From Andalucia godoyi And28 (Eukaryota > Protista > Jakobida), in assembly GCA_009859145.1 (NCBI GenBank), contig VRVR01000023.1, positions 139,544 to 203,543 on the forward strand: a stretch of 64,000 nt of DNA, in the 5' to 3' direction. The notes beneath the pieces are model-generated. The model did no database searches. It was not told the DNA's origin and worked only from the letters and a program-made list of their open reading frames with translations. Shown in pieces: positions 20,840 to 32,468 of the stretch. Made by a program: the position numbers and the translations under genes. Each line of letters begins with the position of its first letter. Within the stretch, counting starts at the first letter, position 1.

Positions 20840-22888
20840 ATGAGTGCTTCGGCGACTGCGAAGAAAAACGAAGCGCCACTTAATCGATTTATCGACTCGC
20901 AGCTGATGTATATTGTGGAGCATCACAAATACGACTTTGCGAATGCGTCGCGATCGATGCGTCATTTGATTCGTTATGCACAGTCTCTTTTTCCTGCTAC
21001 GGTTATTGCATCGAATTCAACTTTCCCACCATTGCTGTCTACTCGAGACTCGCAGATCGACGAGACCAATGCGTTTTCACCGGAGGTCATTCGAGCAAGG
21101 TACGCGTATCTGGTGTGGAAGACGCAAAGCCAAATGGGAAATGCAGAAAAGCCAAAGGCTGTTTGCTCCGCTGTGCAGACGGAGCCGCCAACTCGTAGGA
21201 ATGCTCTGGTACAGGCCACACAGCCCAACCGGACTGCAGATAAGGGTCTGCAGTTTGACGAGTTTCCGGAAACGACGGATGCTACAGTGCAGACAGAAGT
21301 GCGCAAAATGGAAATAACAAACGTGGATATTGTGTTTGACACTCCCACAGATCTTATGCAACAAGCGTCCGATTCAGAAGAGTCCGACAAGGATGAGCCG
21401 GCGCAGAAACCGAGCGTTTTGGTCTCCGAGAATCGGGTGGAGGGGAAAACCGAAACGCAACAGGCGGTCTCTGAAAACAAGACAGAGCCAGAGTCAGTGG
21501 TGGTGATGCACTCCGTTTCTGGATTCTCAGTGCTGCAAGACTCGCTGAAGGATAAGTTTACTGCGATATATTCTGAGATTTCTTCAAAACTTCCATCCAT
21601 TCCACACGCATCGGATTCAGCAGACCACGAGGAAGAGGATGACGAGGAAATCGAGGTGTTTTCGTCGGGAATTCAATTCGACAAGCGTATGGAGCGCTTG
21701 TTTCTGAGAGGTGCCGATGACCACAATTCCAACTTCGAGCTTGCCGTAGCCGAGAATGACGCCGAACATGGGGATGCCGACGACGACAGCGGTGTCGATC
21801 ACATTTTTCATAATCCAAGGCATGTGAGATTTTCTGCTTCTGCGGTGGAGCCCACATCAAGAGCAGCATCATCAACCTTTTCTGCTCCGAAGACCCCGGG
21901 TGTGAAAAGCCGACCGACCGTATTTGACGAAGTCGCAGATCAGGAAGCAGCGGATGAAGGTAGAGAACAGACGGGGGCGGGGAAGAAGGGCACTGAGACC
22001 CTTGTGCTGGCCTCGAAGCAGTTCGCTGTGAATGAGAATAGCGGTGCCGACGACGACGACAACGATGATGATATGAAGGAATTGGAGGCATCGTTCTTTA
22101 GACAGATTGGTTCGACAGGAGTGCAATCCAATACGTCCAGTGGTATTCGTGCCGCGGAGCGTACTGAAGCACCCACGTTCTCTGCTCCGAATGCAACAGA
22201 AGAAGATGCTGGCGACGACGACGACGAAATCAAGAATTTGGAATCGCAGTTTTTTGCTCAAGTTCTCGGTTCTGGATCCTCAGCACATGTGGAGGATGAC
22301 AGCGTTTCTGGCGCATCTCATTATAACAGTACCAGTAGATTTGGGAATGCAGTCCAACGCCAGGATAGAACAACAGAGAGGGATACGATTCAGGGTGTTT
22401 TTGAAAACTTGATTTCCGGAATTCAGCAGTTTCAAGAGATCGTGCGGGCGCGGGACACTGCAGCAGCAGTTCGATCCTCGCAGGATGCGGCGGAGCGACG
22501 GCAACAGTCCAACTCGATGAGGCGGCATCGTGCCGAAATGGAGCGGGACGAAGAAGTTGTATACGACGGAAGCCTGAACAATGAAAATGGGGAAGAGGCA
22601 GATGAAGACGAAGAGGACGACACCATTGTTTGGAGAACCGGATCACGCAGGCCAGCAAGAGAGCAGCAACAGCGACGGGCAGCCGAGGTCGTCCGACAAT
22701 CCTATGCAGTACCCCAAGAGATGCAGCGACTTCTCCCTGGAAACATGCAAGAAACGGTTGTCCTTGATCTTCGTGGGCCATCGGCAGACTCGCCGTCACC
22801 CAACAATAATAGTACACCCTTGTCTGCTAACTCGAGTCACGGGTCGTTGCGGAAGTTCCCTCCTGCGGACCTGCGACCTGCTCGGTAG
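20840..22888 (+). CDS. Hypothetical acidic protein
   Basis: 682-codon ORF from ATG 20840; D/E-rich; no recognised family. Confidence 0.7.
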   Translation: MSASATAKKNEAPLNRFIDSQLMYIVEHHKYDFANASRSMRHLIRYAQSLFPATVIASNSTFPPLLSTRDSQIDETNAFSPEVIRARYAYLVWKTQSQMGNAEKPKAVCSAVQTEPPTRRNALVQATQPNRTADKGLQFDEFPETTDATVQTEVRKMEITNVDIVFDTPTDLMQQASDSEESDKDEPAQKPSVLVSENRVEGKTETQQAVSENKTEPESVVVMHSVSGFSVLQDSLKDKFTAIYSEISSKLPSIPHASDSADHEEEDDEEIEVFSSGIQFDKRMERLFLRGADDHNSNFELAVAENDAEHGDADDDSGVDHIFHNPRHVRFSASAVEPTSRAASSTFSAPKTPGVKSRPTVFDEVADQEAADEGREQTGAGKKGTETLVLASKQFAVNENSGADDDDNDDDMKELEASFFRQIGSTGVQSNTSSGIRAAERTEAPTFSAPNATEEDAGDDDDEIKNLESQFFAQVLGSGSSAHVEDDSVSGASHYNSTSRFGNAVQRQDRTTERDTIQGVFENLISGIQQFQEIVRARDTAAAVRSSQDAAERRQQSNSMRRHRAEMERDEEVVYDGSLNNENGEEADEDEEDDTIVWRTGSRRPAREQQQRRAAEVVRQSYAVPQEMQRLLPGNMQETVVLDLRGPSADSPSPNNNSTPLSANSSHGSLRKFPPADLRPAR

Positions 22889-23163
22889 GACAGAAGATTT
22901 CCCCTTTTGTTCGAGATGAAATGGATCGTGTGCTGCACACGCCAATGCAAAGGATAGAGTAGCCTGGCCTGAGCATAATTATACCTCATTTACAAGAAAC
23001 ATCGAGAAAACAAAAACCAATTTCACGAACACCAAATCTTTTTTTTCTTCTTCCTTTTTTCTTTTCTTTTCTTTCTCCTTCTTCTTCCCCCGTCTCAATT
23101 TGATTCTGCAGACGCGGCACTGAGCTCCGAAGCCGCGATCAAGTAGGGTGCACAGAACAGACC

Positions 23164-24126
23164 TCATTCTCTGGATTCAGCGGCGCTGGCTTCCTTCTCT
23201 TCCTCTGCCTGCTGGTGGTGTTCGTGTTCTGCCTCATGTACCTCTTCGTGTTTCTGTTCTTCTGGAAAGAGCAGATCTGACGGAAGAGTCTCCTCCGAGA
23301 AGTACTGAAGCAGCTGCTCTTTCATGTGTTTCGAATCAATAAACACAATCTTTGACGCTGTTCGTTTGTCCAACCACGGCTTGACGACCTTCCAGCAGAG
23401 CCAGAAGAACCATCCCGAATGCAGAATCAAGCACGCGCCCAGTCGCTCGGGGTAGTAATTTTGCAGAACATCAACCATGAACTTCTCCAACGCCGGGTCA
23501 AAGTTCTTTCGTCCAAGGCTGCCCATGTCAAAGATCTGGTTGAATGAGCAAATGTTCTGTGCCAGTGCCCTGCGGAAGCATTCATGCATGATCCAGAGGA
23601 ACGCACGGCCCGTCTTCAACGAAGAGTGCTTGCTCTTGTCGTGGAATCGAATACGAACGACAATCACAGGACGGCCGCACTTGTCTTCTTTTCCAGAAGG
23701 AAGGATTACTGCAGTCTGATGTCCAAACACCTCCTGTGCTTCCTCCTCGGTAATCAGGTCCGGACGGAACTCCCAGAACCAAATCGCCGCCTTCTCGAAC
23801 ATTGCATACGCATGGTCCACGTCAAACTTGCGAGCCACCATGAATCTGCAGTAATCAAGATCCGTGAACTCGTCTTCATGGTATGCAAATTCAGGAGCCA
23901 CCAAGCCACCTTGTTTGTTCTCTTCATCCTCCTTCTTCTTTCCGTGCTTTTCAACATCCGCACGCTTCTTTTCCCACACACCACGGGCCTTTTCTTCTCG
24001 CTGTGCACGCCGTTCCATGCACATCTTTTTAAAATCCGCAAGTTTCGCCTTGTCTGCATCCTCCAAACTGCCCAAAATATCTTCCTTTTCCGTCCGCGGA
24101 AGCGCCACATGACTATCGCTCGTCAT
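23164..24126 (-). CDS. CRAL-TRIO/SEC14 lipid-binding protein
   Basis: DLDYCRFMVARKFDVDHA, DKCGRPV, LQNYYPERLG, W..VKPWLDKRTASKIVF. Confidence 0.9.
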   Translation of the reverse strand: MTSDSHVALPRTEKEDILGSLEDADKAKLADFKKMCMERRAQREEKARGVWEKKRADVEKHGKKKEDEENKQGGLVAPEFAYHEDEFTDLDYCRFMVARKFDVDHAYAMFEKAAIWFWEFRPDLITEEEAQEVFGHQTAVILPSGKEDKCGRPVIVVRIRFHDKSKHSSLKTGRAFLWIMHECFRRALAQNICSFNQIFDMGSLGRKNFDPALEKFMVDVLQNYYPERLGACLILHSGWFFWLCWKVVKPWLDKRTASKIVFIDSKHMKEQLLQYFSEETLPSDLLFPEEQKHEEVHEAEHEHHQQAEEEKEASAAESRE

Positions 24127-24487
24127 TCTTCTTCTTCTTCTTGTTGTTGCTGTTGTTGTTTTTCTTTCTTTCTTTCACACAACTCACAACTCACAACTCG
24201 CACGCTTCGTCGGTAAGAGAAAGCGTCAACACTCAACAACACCAACCAGAATCGAGTGCGCATCGGAGAGCCATGCACGAGCAACCCTCCGCAAGTCCGC
24301 CGATCTCTCTTCAGAAGCTAGACTCAATTGATCCATCGTCGGCTTTCCCCCCTTTCCCACGGGTTTTCCTTTTACTGGACACACAAAACCGTCCCATCAG
24401 CCTCGGAGCGAGGAACTACAGTCTATGACGATTGCTTGTGCCTCTCTCCCTTCCTTCTTCTCCCACTCCAGCGTGGGCCTGTCTTGC

Positions 24488-24781
24488 ATGTGGCGAACCG
24501 CATATAAAAGATGTCTCCGCGCATTGCATCCCATTCGTAACTTTTCAGAGCCTATTTACAGGGCTGCAAAGCAAAATGTCGTGCTGATGTTTACTCTTCC
24601 AACAGGAAGAAAGCTGTCCAAAACAGAGCTTGATGCAGCTGTGTCGTCTGTGGAAATCGTCTCGCGCCACCTTCTCAAGACCCAGTGTCGGTTTATCTAT
24701 CCAGTATCCGAACAACCCGTCTCGCGACCAGGAAAACCAGTCCTGACGCTTGCCGTAGCCTCATCCTCTTTTAAAAAATAA
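24488..24781 (+). CDS. Small hypothetical protein, possibly LYR-motif-like
   Basis: MWRTAYKRCLRAL resembles the LYR N-terminal motif; weak. Confidence 0.3.
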   Translation: MWRTAYKRCLRALHPIRNFSEPIYRAAKQNVVLMFTLPTGRKLSKTELDAAVSSVEIVSRHLLKTQCRFIYPVSEQPVSRPGKPVLTLAVASSSFKK

Positions 24782-24997
24782 TAGTATCGTCACAACTCCC
24801 TCTGTTTCTGTCTCAAGTCGCAAGTCACGCGTTCTTTTTTCCTGCTGTAAAAAAGACCAACAACAAAAGAACCCCGAAAAGTGCTTCTACTTCCTCTGCT
24901 GCAACGTAATCCTTTCTCTTCTTCTTTTCCTGTTCTTTTCTTTCTCCAAGTCGCAAGTGCAGACTACAGAGGAAGCCGGGGTGCGTGGGTGTGGAAG

Positions 24998-25789
24998 ATG
25001 AGCGGCAGCATTCTTGGAACGCTGAACATTATGTATGAGGAATTTGTGAAAGCGCCGTTCCGCCGGGTTGTGCTCGGCGAGACGACGGAGCAGCGTGTGA
25101 TCCAGCATGTGTTTACGACAGGCACGGAAAACGATCCAGAGTCTGTGCTGGCGGCACTCGACAAGTTTGGCTGGACAGACACGTTCTTGATGAATGTTGC
25201 GGACGTGAAGGGATTGATTCTGGACGACGTTATCAAGCAGAACGTGCTTACGCAGCCGCCTTTTGACGCGAAGAATGGATATGTTGCGGTCGAGTTTGGA
25301 GGGTATCTGGGCTACTCGGCAGTCCGGATCGGCAGGCTGTTCCGCGACAAGGGAAAGGTGTACTCGATTGAAAAGAACCCGTACTATGCGGCAATTGCGA
25401 CAAAGATCATCGAGTTTGCGGGACTCAATGGAACGGTCCGCGTCGTCGTGGGAACTGCACAGGACCGGCTGGGCGATCTCAAGACCAAGTTTGGTGTCAA
25501 GAAGGTGGACTTTGTCTTCCAGGACGAGTGGAAAGACGTGTACGTTGCAGACCTCAAGGCCCTTGAGAAATCAGGGCTGCTGAGAAACGGTACCATCATT
25601 GTGGGAGATAACATCCTGTTCCCCGGGGTGCCTGATTACTTGGCATATGTCAAGGAGCACCCCCAGTTCACCTCCATTCTGAAAACAGCACAGCTGGAAT
25701 ACTCAAAGACCGTCAAGGACGCCATGCTCATCTCGACGTGGTACGAGTCAAAGCTGCCGCACACCGTCCCCAAACATGTCGACGCATAA
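24998..25789 (+). CDS. Catechol O-methyltransferase-like SAM-dependent methyltransferase
   Basis: LMNVADVKG, VEFGGYLGYSAVRI, YSIEKNP, LLRNGTIIVGDNILFPGVPDYL. Confidence 0.9.
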   Translation: MSGSILGTLNIMYEEFVKAPFRRVVLGETTEQRVIQHVFTTGTENDPESVLAALDKFGWTDTFLMNVADVKGLILDDVIKQNVLTQPPFDAKNGYVAVEFGGYLGYSAVRIGRLFRDKGKVYSIEKNPYYAAIATKIIEFAGLNGTVRVVVGTAQDRLGDLKTKFGVKKVDFVFQDEWKDVYVADLKALEKSGLLRNGTIIVGDNILFPGVPDYLAYVKEHPQFTSILKTAQLEYSKTVKDAMLISTWYESKLPHTVPKHVDA

Positions 25790-25925
25790 GTCCCTTCTTC
25801 TTCTTCTTCTTCTTCTTCTCCTCCTCCTTAACTTATCCGCACGTATCTTATTCGTGAATAAAACTGCCTACGTGCATTTGGAACCACTTTGCGCGAAAAT
25901 AAAAATGAAACACACAGACACACAT

Positions 25926-25962
<37 letters not shown>

Positions 25963-26057
25963 AATGCATACATGTAAAAGGAGAACACATGAAAACGATG
26001 CACGGGCAAACTAGCGACTGGCGATGATGCACGCATGACCCAGGTGCTGAGAGGCTT

Positions 26058-26351
26058 TCAAGGTTGGGGCGAATTCGAACCGGTGTTTGGATCTTCAACG
26101 GTGGATACTGCATTTGCGACAATGTCCACGACTTCTTGCAGTGCATCGTCCATTCGGTTTTGCTGGATCCGAACAAGTTCTTCAAAACGAGTTGCGACGG
26201 TCTGCAAAGCAGATTGCAATTGTCGCCGAGAAGAGGTTTCCGAAGCCAAATGACGTTCAAGCGACTCGATCCGTTGATCTTGGTCTTTCATTCGAGACGC
26301 CAAGAGCGACAGCGCCTTTTCCAATCTAGCAACTCGCTCACTCTCGGACAT
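26058..26351 (-). CDS. Small coiled-coil hypothetical protein
   Basis: MSESERVARLEKAL...; helical composition; sits between AT-rich spacers. Confidence 0.55.
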   Translation of the reverse strand: MSESERVARLEKALSLLASRMKDQDQRIESLERHLASETSSRRQLQSALQTVATRFEELVRIQQNRMDDALQEVVDIVANAVSTVEDPNTGSNSPQP

Positions 26352-26848
26352 CTTTTTCTGCTTCTTCAAACTGCTGCGTTCGTTTAGTTATCTTATTGAA
26401 ACGAAATGAAATTATCAAGAATATTAATTAATTAGTTATGATAAAAACAAAACAAAACAAGACAAAACAAAACAATTGGAATGCAGCGAATTTTACGCGG
26501 GAGAAAAGCTGTCTCCACACTCTTAGTGCGCCATGAGCGTACAGGCGGGATAACAGAGAGTCGAAAGCGCTGGGATTTTCGTGCACGAACGTCTGGCTTT
26601 TTTGCACGTACTGGTGGATGGTCCTGCTCCTGTACGAATGCTACCACATCTTACGCCCCGCTATGCACACATACACACACACACAGATACACAATCAGGC
26701 ATCTTTAAATACTCGTTACAAAGGAGAAAAGAGAAAACTGCTGCACACCTGCGGGGTGCCAGCAGACCTTGCTGTCGTGCATTCAAGAAACTGGTTTCGT
26801 CGGATCCCGAGCGCATATCAAACGGCATCTCAGCATTCCGCGAGCCAG

Positions 26849-28969
26849 CTATGCCATCAACGGAGAATTATATCGGTCGCCACCGGCATTAAATTCTCGC
26901 AAAGTCGATCCTCGCTTTCGAGAGAAACCAACAATCGCAGCAGCGACAGCAACAAACAGTGCAACAACCAGTGAAGTTACCAGAGCCACGAACCCACCCT
27001 TGCTAATACGGTATCCGTCATAGTCGTCGCTGTTCTTTGACGGGCACAACTGTCCAGAAGGGACAATTTGCGCACCATCGTAGGCATCCAGTGTGTTGAA
27101 CGACGACTGTGTGATGCCATCCAGCGGAGTGAACATCGGGGGCAGTAAGTCCGAAACGCAAGACTTGTCAGAGAGGACTCCGCCGTTTCGTACGAACTGG
27201 GAAATCAACTGGATACCACAAGTGGCCTTGCCGGGGGACATAACTTGCGAAAAGAAAATCAGGCCGTGCACGCACCCTGGAAACTGCACAAAAGTCTTGT
27301 TCGAAGACTGCAACGTGCGCTCGTACTGGTAAGCAGACCACAGGGGTGTCTGCGGATCTAACTCCCCGTTCATCAGCAACACAGGCTTGCTTCCAACAGA
27401 AGCAGACTTGTTGAAAAAGGGACTGCGTGGAGACATGGGCCACGATTGATATGCATCGTAAAAGTCGTAGAACACGCCCTGGGATATATACGTCTGCTGC
27501 CGGCGAGAAAACATGTCTTGCAGCGTAGGAACCGGGCCGCCCTCGGGATATTCCCACATTTCAGAACTTCCAACGCTGAAGCCAAGTACATCCGAATGCA
27601 GCGCCACCGACTGTCCCAGGGCGTTCGAAGATGTGTTGTACGAGTTCATGAGGAACATCAATGCCGGGACATCGAGCACGGGGTCACAGCGATGGACACG
27701 ATACAAGGTTGGCATGATGATCGCTCGATTGAAGGCACCTGGAATGTTGTCTCCAAACAAAGAACGAACGAAATTTGCAGACAACTGGATGCCACCGCAC
27801 GATCCGTCCGTCAGTTTTGCAAACGCCTGCTGCATGTACAGGTTTGCAGAGACAGGATCGTGAATTCCCGTTTTCGAGGAGCACACGGTGTCCTTTGCAC
27901 AAGCAGCAACGTAACGCATGCCAGCTTCGTTGACAGATGGGTCCCACCAAGTGAAGTCAAGTCGCGCGCCGTCTCCAATGTTCGCGGGCCTTGGTCCTGC
28001 AGGCGCGACGAGACCATCAACAATCGAAGTTGTAAACAGATTCTGGAACTTCACAGGATCGACAAGCATCACGCGATTGGTGAGCAGCGTGCCATAACTG
28101 ATCCCGTACAGATGCATTTCCGTGTACCCTAGTGCTTGAGCAAGAGCGTACACATCACGAGCAGAGTTATCGGTCGAGAACAGATTATGCAACCCCCCAG
28201 GATATTGCAGAAGCAGCGATTCGCGACATCCCGCAATCTCTTCCGGGACAATCTTAGTTCCGCCAAGCGAAGTCTCCGACTCTGCCTGCGAATTCAAACA
28301 CGTAAGCCGTTGCGAGCGACCAGAACCTCGCTGATCAAAGTACAAGATGTCCCAGTCTGCAGAATCCAGTTCCTGTCCCAGAGTCAGCATCACCGGCTCA
28401 AAATACTCTCCACTGTCCCCAGGACCACCGGAAAGCATGAGCAGCGCCTTTTTTGCTTGGACACGCTGGGACGACGAGTCGCCAGATGCCCACTTCTTGT
28501 AATTGAATCTCTTCACGAAAAGCGTAAGAGATCCCAGAGATGCATTTGTATAAGAGAACGGAACTGAGAAGAGACCGCAAACGGCTGTCGGATCTCCAGG
28601 AAGGGCATCCGAGGCCGATGCTGGTGCTGGTGCTGGTACCCGTACCCGTGCCCCTGATCCATATGCAGAAACTTCAGCTTCAAGATGGTCTCGCTGCAAA
28701 CCAAACGGCGAGGTTATTCTTCGTCTGCCATTTCGAGCCTGCATGTCCGCACTTCCCGAAAACGGCGATGACCATGACGACGACGACGACGATGATGAGG
28801 GATTTCTCAGGACTGGGGTGATTGCCTTCACCCAGTCTGACGAGTACAGCGGACAGTCAGTGAACGAAATCACGTCGTTCTGCGCACGAACCCCCATTCC
28901 GGTGCACGACGACACACTCAGCAGCAGCATCATCGCCGCCGCCACAAAAGACGTGGCCAACCAGTGCAT
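26849..28969 (-). CDS. Secreted/membrane alpha/beta hydrolase, tripeptidyl aminopeptidase (TAP)-like
   Basis: Signal peptide; LSGGPG, FDQRGSGRS, YGISYG nucleophile, NGELDPQTP, HG; C-terminal TM helix. Confidence 0.85.
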   Translation of the reverse strand: MHWLATSFVAAAMMLLLSVSSCTGMGVRAQNDVISFTDCPLYSSDWVKAITPVLRNPSSSSSSSSWSSPFSGSADMQARNGRRRITSPFGLQRDHLEAEVSAYGSGARVRVPAPAPASASDALPGDPTAVCGLFSVPFSYTNASLGSLTLFVKRFNYKKWASGDSSSQRVQAKKALLMLSGGPGDSGEYFEPVMLTLGQELDSADWDILYFDQRGSGRSQRLTCLNSQAESETSLGGTKIVPEEIAGCRESLLLQYPGGLHNLFSTDNSARDVYALAQALGYTEMHLYGISYGTLLTNRVMLVDPVKFQNLFTTSIVDGLVAPAGPRPANIGDGARLDFTWWDPSVNEAGMRYVAACAKDTVCSSKTGIHDPVSANLYMQQAFAKLTDGSCGGIQLSANFVRSLFGDNIPGAFNRAIIMPTLYRVHRCDPVLDVPALMFLMNSYNTSSNALGQSVALHSDVLGFSVGSSEMWEYPEGGPVPTLQDMFSRRQQTYISQGVFYDFYDAYQSWPMSPRSPFFNKSASVGSKPVLLMNGELDPQTPLWSAYQYERTLQSSNKTFVQFPGCVHGLIFFSQVMSPGKATCGIQLISQFVRNGGVLSDKSCVSDLLPPMFTPLDGITQSSFNTLDAYDGAQIVPSGQLCPSKNSDDYDGYRISKGGFVALVTSLVVALFVAVAAAIVGFSRKRGSTLREFNAGGDRYNSPLMA

Positions 28970-29073
28970 CTCCGTTTTCAGACTCCACCAAAATAAAGCA
29001 ATAAAGATTATAAGAAAGATAATGGTATAATTATTTATATAAAAAACAAACCAATATTAGTAAAGTGCTGCCG

Positions 29074-29482
29074 TTGCATAATAACACTTCATTGTTATGC
29101 ATACGGAAGTATGCATAAGCAGACATGGTCGATATTGGTCGACACTAGCACCTTTTGTTTCACAGGAATTCGTGCTTACGCACGCTCGGCCAAAATTCAG
29201 CCGGTGACACAGGCTCCGCATTTCCGACACTCTTTAACGGAGCATCCGTAGCCATCTATTCTGTCATTCGTTGGTTTGGTTTCACTTTTTGCAGGAAGTA
29301 AAGTGTTTTGCATGTCCCGCGTGTAGCTCACAGATTGATCGAGATTGGGAACGGAGCGCGGAACATCTATCTGAAGAACGCCGTGAGGCGTGTTGGGGCC
29401 TATCCCCTTTCCGGCGACGGGATGCAAGATTGAATATGCATGTCTGTTCGTAGATATGCATGTTCAGTGTATAACGTAGGCG
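29074..29482 (+). mobile_element. Non-autonomous Fanzor2 element, family B copy 2 (409 bp)
   Basis: CCG at 29071-29073 then TTGCATAATAACAC; right end GTGTATAACGTAGGCG; keeps CPACSSQIDRDW/NGARNIYLKN and the hairpin at 29431-29466. Confidence 0.9.
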
Positions 29483-30196
29483 TTCCACTCACCACCAGTT
29501 AACCCACTCCCGCAGTCTGCACATATCGGGTTTTTGCACGCACTGCCTGCAACGAGCATTAAGCCGCAAGGTCAGCCATGTGAATCATGATATTTCGACG
29601 TTTCCAAGGCGTCTTTGGTCGGAAATCAAACAAAGGTTGCAAGAAACAAACGCATGCCGTCTTTCTGAAGCGCACTGGTAGGGCACTCCACGTTTTCCGT
29701 TCACGGCCGACGATGACACAGCGGCGTCGTGAAACTGCATGAACGTTTCCAGTTCATAGACGAAGGGTCGTGAACTCCGCGGCCACATGTGTATCGACAC
29801 GAAATGAACTTTATTCATGATGGAATCAAGCAGGATCGATGACATGCAAGAACCGCCTGAGAGAATTGCAGATGGAAACGGCAACAATGTTGCAAAGGAG
29901 GAGGGGGGGAAAGCCGGAACAGAATGCATTTCTGTGCGTGCGTCCGTGCGCCTTGAGAAACGTCCATCATTTTTTTTGAACATTTTTGACATTTCGTGCG
30001 ATACTGGTTACTGATACTGGTACTGGTACTGGCACGGTGTACGCGCAAAGCTTGGTTTGGTTTCGTGTTTATTTTCTCACTTCCCTCTGTTTGATTGCGA
30101 TGATGGTATCAGTATGGTGATGGAGTTTTTTGAGACAACGCGAGCGAAAAGGAAGCGAGGAAGAGTTTTTCTTCTTTTTCTTCTTTTCTTTCCTTT

Positions 30197-30595
30197 TTAG
30201 CGATCTCCAATGATGCGTTCGTTTCGAGGATGGTATTCCTGCTTTTCGGCCTCCTCGCGCCGAGCTTCTCCCATTTGTTCAAAGTCTCCGAGCCTGAGGA
30301 TCTTCTGAAGGGCGTCCTGCTTAGACAGTGAATCGTCATCCATGGATTCGCGGACGTCATTGAGCGACGCCTTGTTTGAATTGGTGAATGGATGGAGAAA
30401 GATCTCGTCGGTCGCGAGCACTTCGTCTGCGTCAATGAGTCCCTTGCGGAAATCAGTTACTCGATTGCGCTTGCACAGCACCTCAAGCTGCTTACCCTTG
30501 CGAGACCGCCAGCGCACAACCTGCACTTCGTCGTTCAGACTCCACTTTCCACTGCGAAGCGTCGCTTCATCGGTGTTTCGCGCATTGCTGTACAT
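30197..30595 (-). CDS. SBDS N-terminal domain-only protein (Rtc3-like)
   Basis: VVRWRSRKGKQLEVLCKRNRVTDFRKG...DEVLATDEIF...ILRLGDF resembles the SBDS N-domain. Confidence 0.75.
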   Translation of the reverse strand: MYSNARNTDEATLRSGKWSLNDEVQVVRWRSRKGKQLEVLCKRNRVTDFRKGLIDADEVLATDEIFLHPFTNSNKASLNDVRESMDDDSLSKQDALQKILRLGDFEQMGEARREEAEKQEYHPRNERIIGDR

Positions 30596-31705
30596 TTCCC
30601 CTCCCACAACGTCGTCCAGTTCTACCGTATCTAGTCCTTCTTTTCAAATCGTAAATCGAAAACAATGCAGGAAAACAAAGCAACAGCAACAGCAAAAAGT
30701 AGCGAATGGAGAAGCAGATGAATGCAAGCGAGACAGCGTGTGGAGCATGAACCATGTGTATATATGTGTGTATGTATTCTGTGAGGGTGAACGACGTCGT
30801 GGAATTGTGACGCCAGCCATCGCACTTGAAAAAGACTAGACGTACGTCAGCACCAGCAGTTGTACTTCGAGTGAAACGGGAAGACCTGGCATCGGAAAAA
30901 CAGCAACCCTCTAGCATCAACTGAGCGGCGTGATGCCGACCTGCTTTCTTCCCCGCCCCAACGTCTTTGTCCGCTCGCCAAGACATGAATCATTATTGAT
31001 CACCATCGGCTAAGCTGTTACCGAAGACAGATCCAAGCCAGATACTGTTTTTGTTTTTATTAATTGGGGCGAGCACCAACTCTTCAATGCAATCAAAGAG
31101 TCATCGCAACCAACATATTCCCCCCAAATCGATTCAACATTCAAAAAAAATGAACGTTGGAGGAAACAGAATGTAGTCGGCGAACGCCGCCTCGCCGGAC
31201 GACGCTTTTGCCTTTGCTCCTTCTTGTTCTCTGACCTGAAAGCGCATTCCGAAAACGCAATCGATCACACATCTTCGTGATTTGATGATCATCCGCAGCT
31301 TGCTCAGCAAGTTGCCGTCTGACGATCTTCTTCTTCTTCTTGCTCTCCGCCTCCGACGAGAGGGAATCAACGGGTTCCTTGGTTCTCGGTATCTTCGGCC
31401 ATGGTCGGTTTGAGGTTATTGGGAAGATTCCTCTTTGGTGCCATGAGACGTTTTGTCTTGCTGCTTGAGGTTTCGATAGGAAAACCAACAGAAAATAATG
31501 GAAACATAAAAACTTGAAGACTGAAGAAATTGTAGACTTGACTACGGTAAGAAAATCGTACTCCACAAAGCTGTCAACCGTACCCCAAGCCAAACGTCAC
31601 TGACTGCTTAAAGAGCACTACCGTTCGTCGCAACTTGTAGGAGACATATTCGCAGAGGCTACATTCAGAAGAGAGAAGAGGTGAGAAGTGCGGGGTGAGA
31701 GGAAT

Positions 31706-32391
31706 ATGGCGAGTGCTGTTGCTTCTGTGAAGCCACTCTTGACTCGGGCGAATTTGCTGGAATCGTCTCATTCGAAATCGGTTCCACGAGTGTGTCATGT
31801 GCTCGTGAGCGAGCTACAGTGTTTGCAGACGATTACGTCGTCGAATGCACTTGTGCGAGTCGTGGTGTACATGTCTCGATCGGAGCGAAAAAAGCTAGTT
31901 TCCGATCTCATTCCGATCGATACAAGAACGCTGATGTATCCACTCAACACGAGCTTCGAGCTGCATTATCGACACCACATCAAGGGCGACTCGGAAGAAG
32001 TGCTGCATATTGCGCTGCAGAAAAAGAGAAAAAAGTCACGGTCGATGAAAACGATCGCATCAGCCTCGTTTTCATTGCAGGAGGTGCTCGACTATCCACT
32101 CGAGAATGTCTATGTGGATCTCGAAGACCGCAAGAAGGAGGTCGTGTCGAAGTGGGCCAAACTCAAAGTCACGATCGCAACGCTGCCAGACTGGTATCCA
32201 ATTGCGCTCTTGATCCCGCCTGCTCACTCACGATCAAACTCGAGCACAAGCTCAGGAACGGCAGCGTTCAAGAACTCGCCGCCCACCACTCCGCAGCCTC
32301 CAATCAAGGCTCCTTTCAGGGACGACAAGGAAAAGGATAATAAGCACGACAAGTACGACAGCGAAAGATCGAAGGACAAGGACAAGGACAA

Positions 32392-32468
<77 letters not shown>

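Noticed and set aside
29520-29992. ORF 29585-29992(-) with possible TGA read-through (selenoprotein)
   Set aside because: No recognisable family, redox motif or SECIS
31141-31593. 150-aa minus-strand ORF
   Set aside because: Non-ATG start, no motif, no splice model I could support
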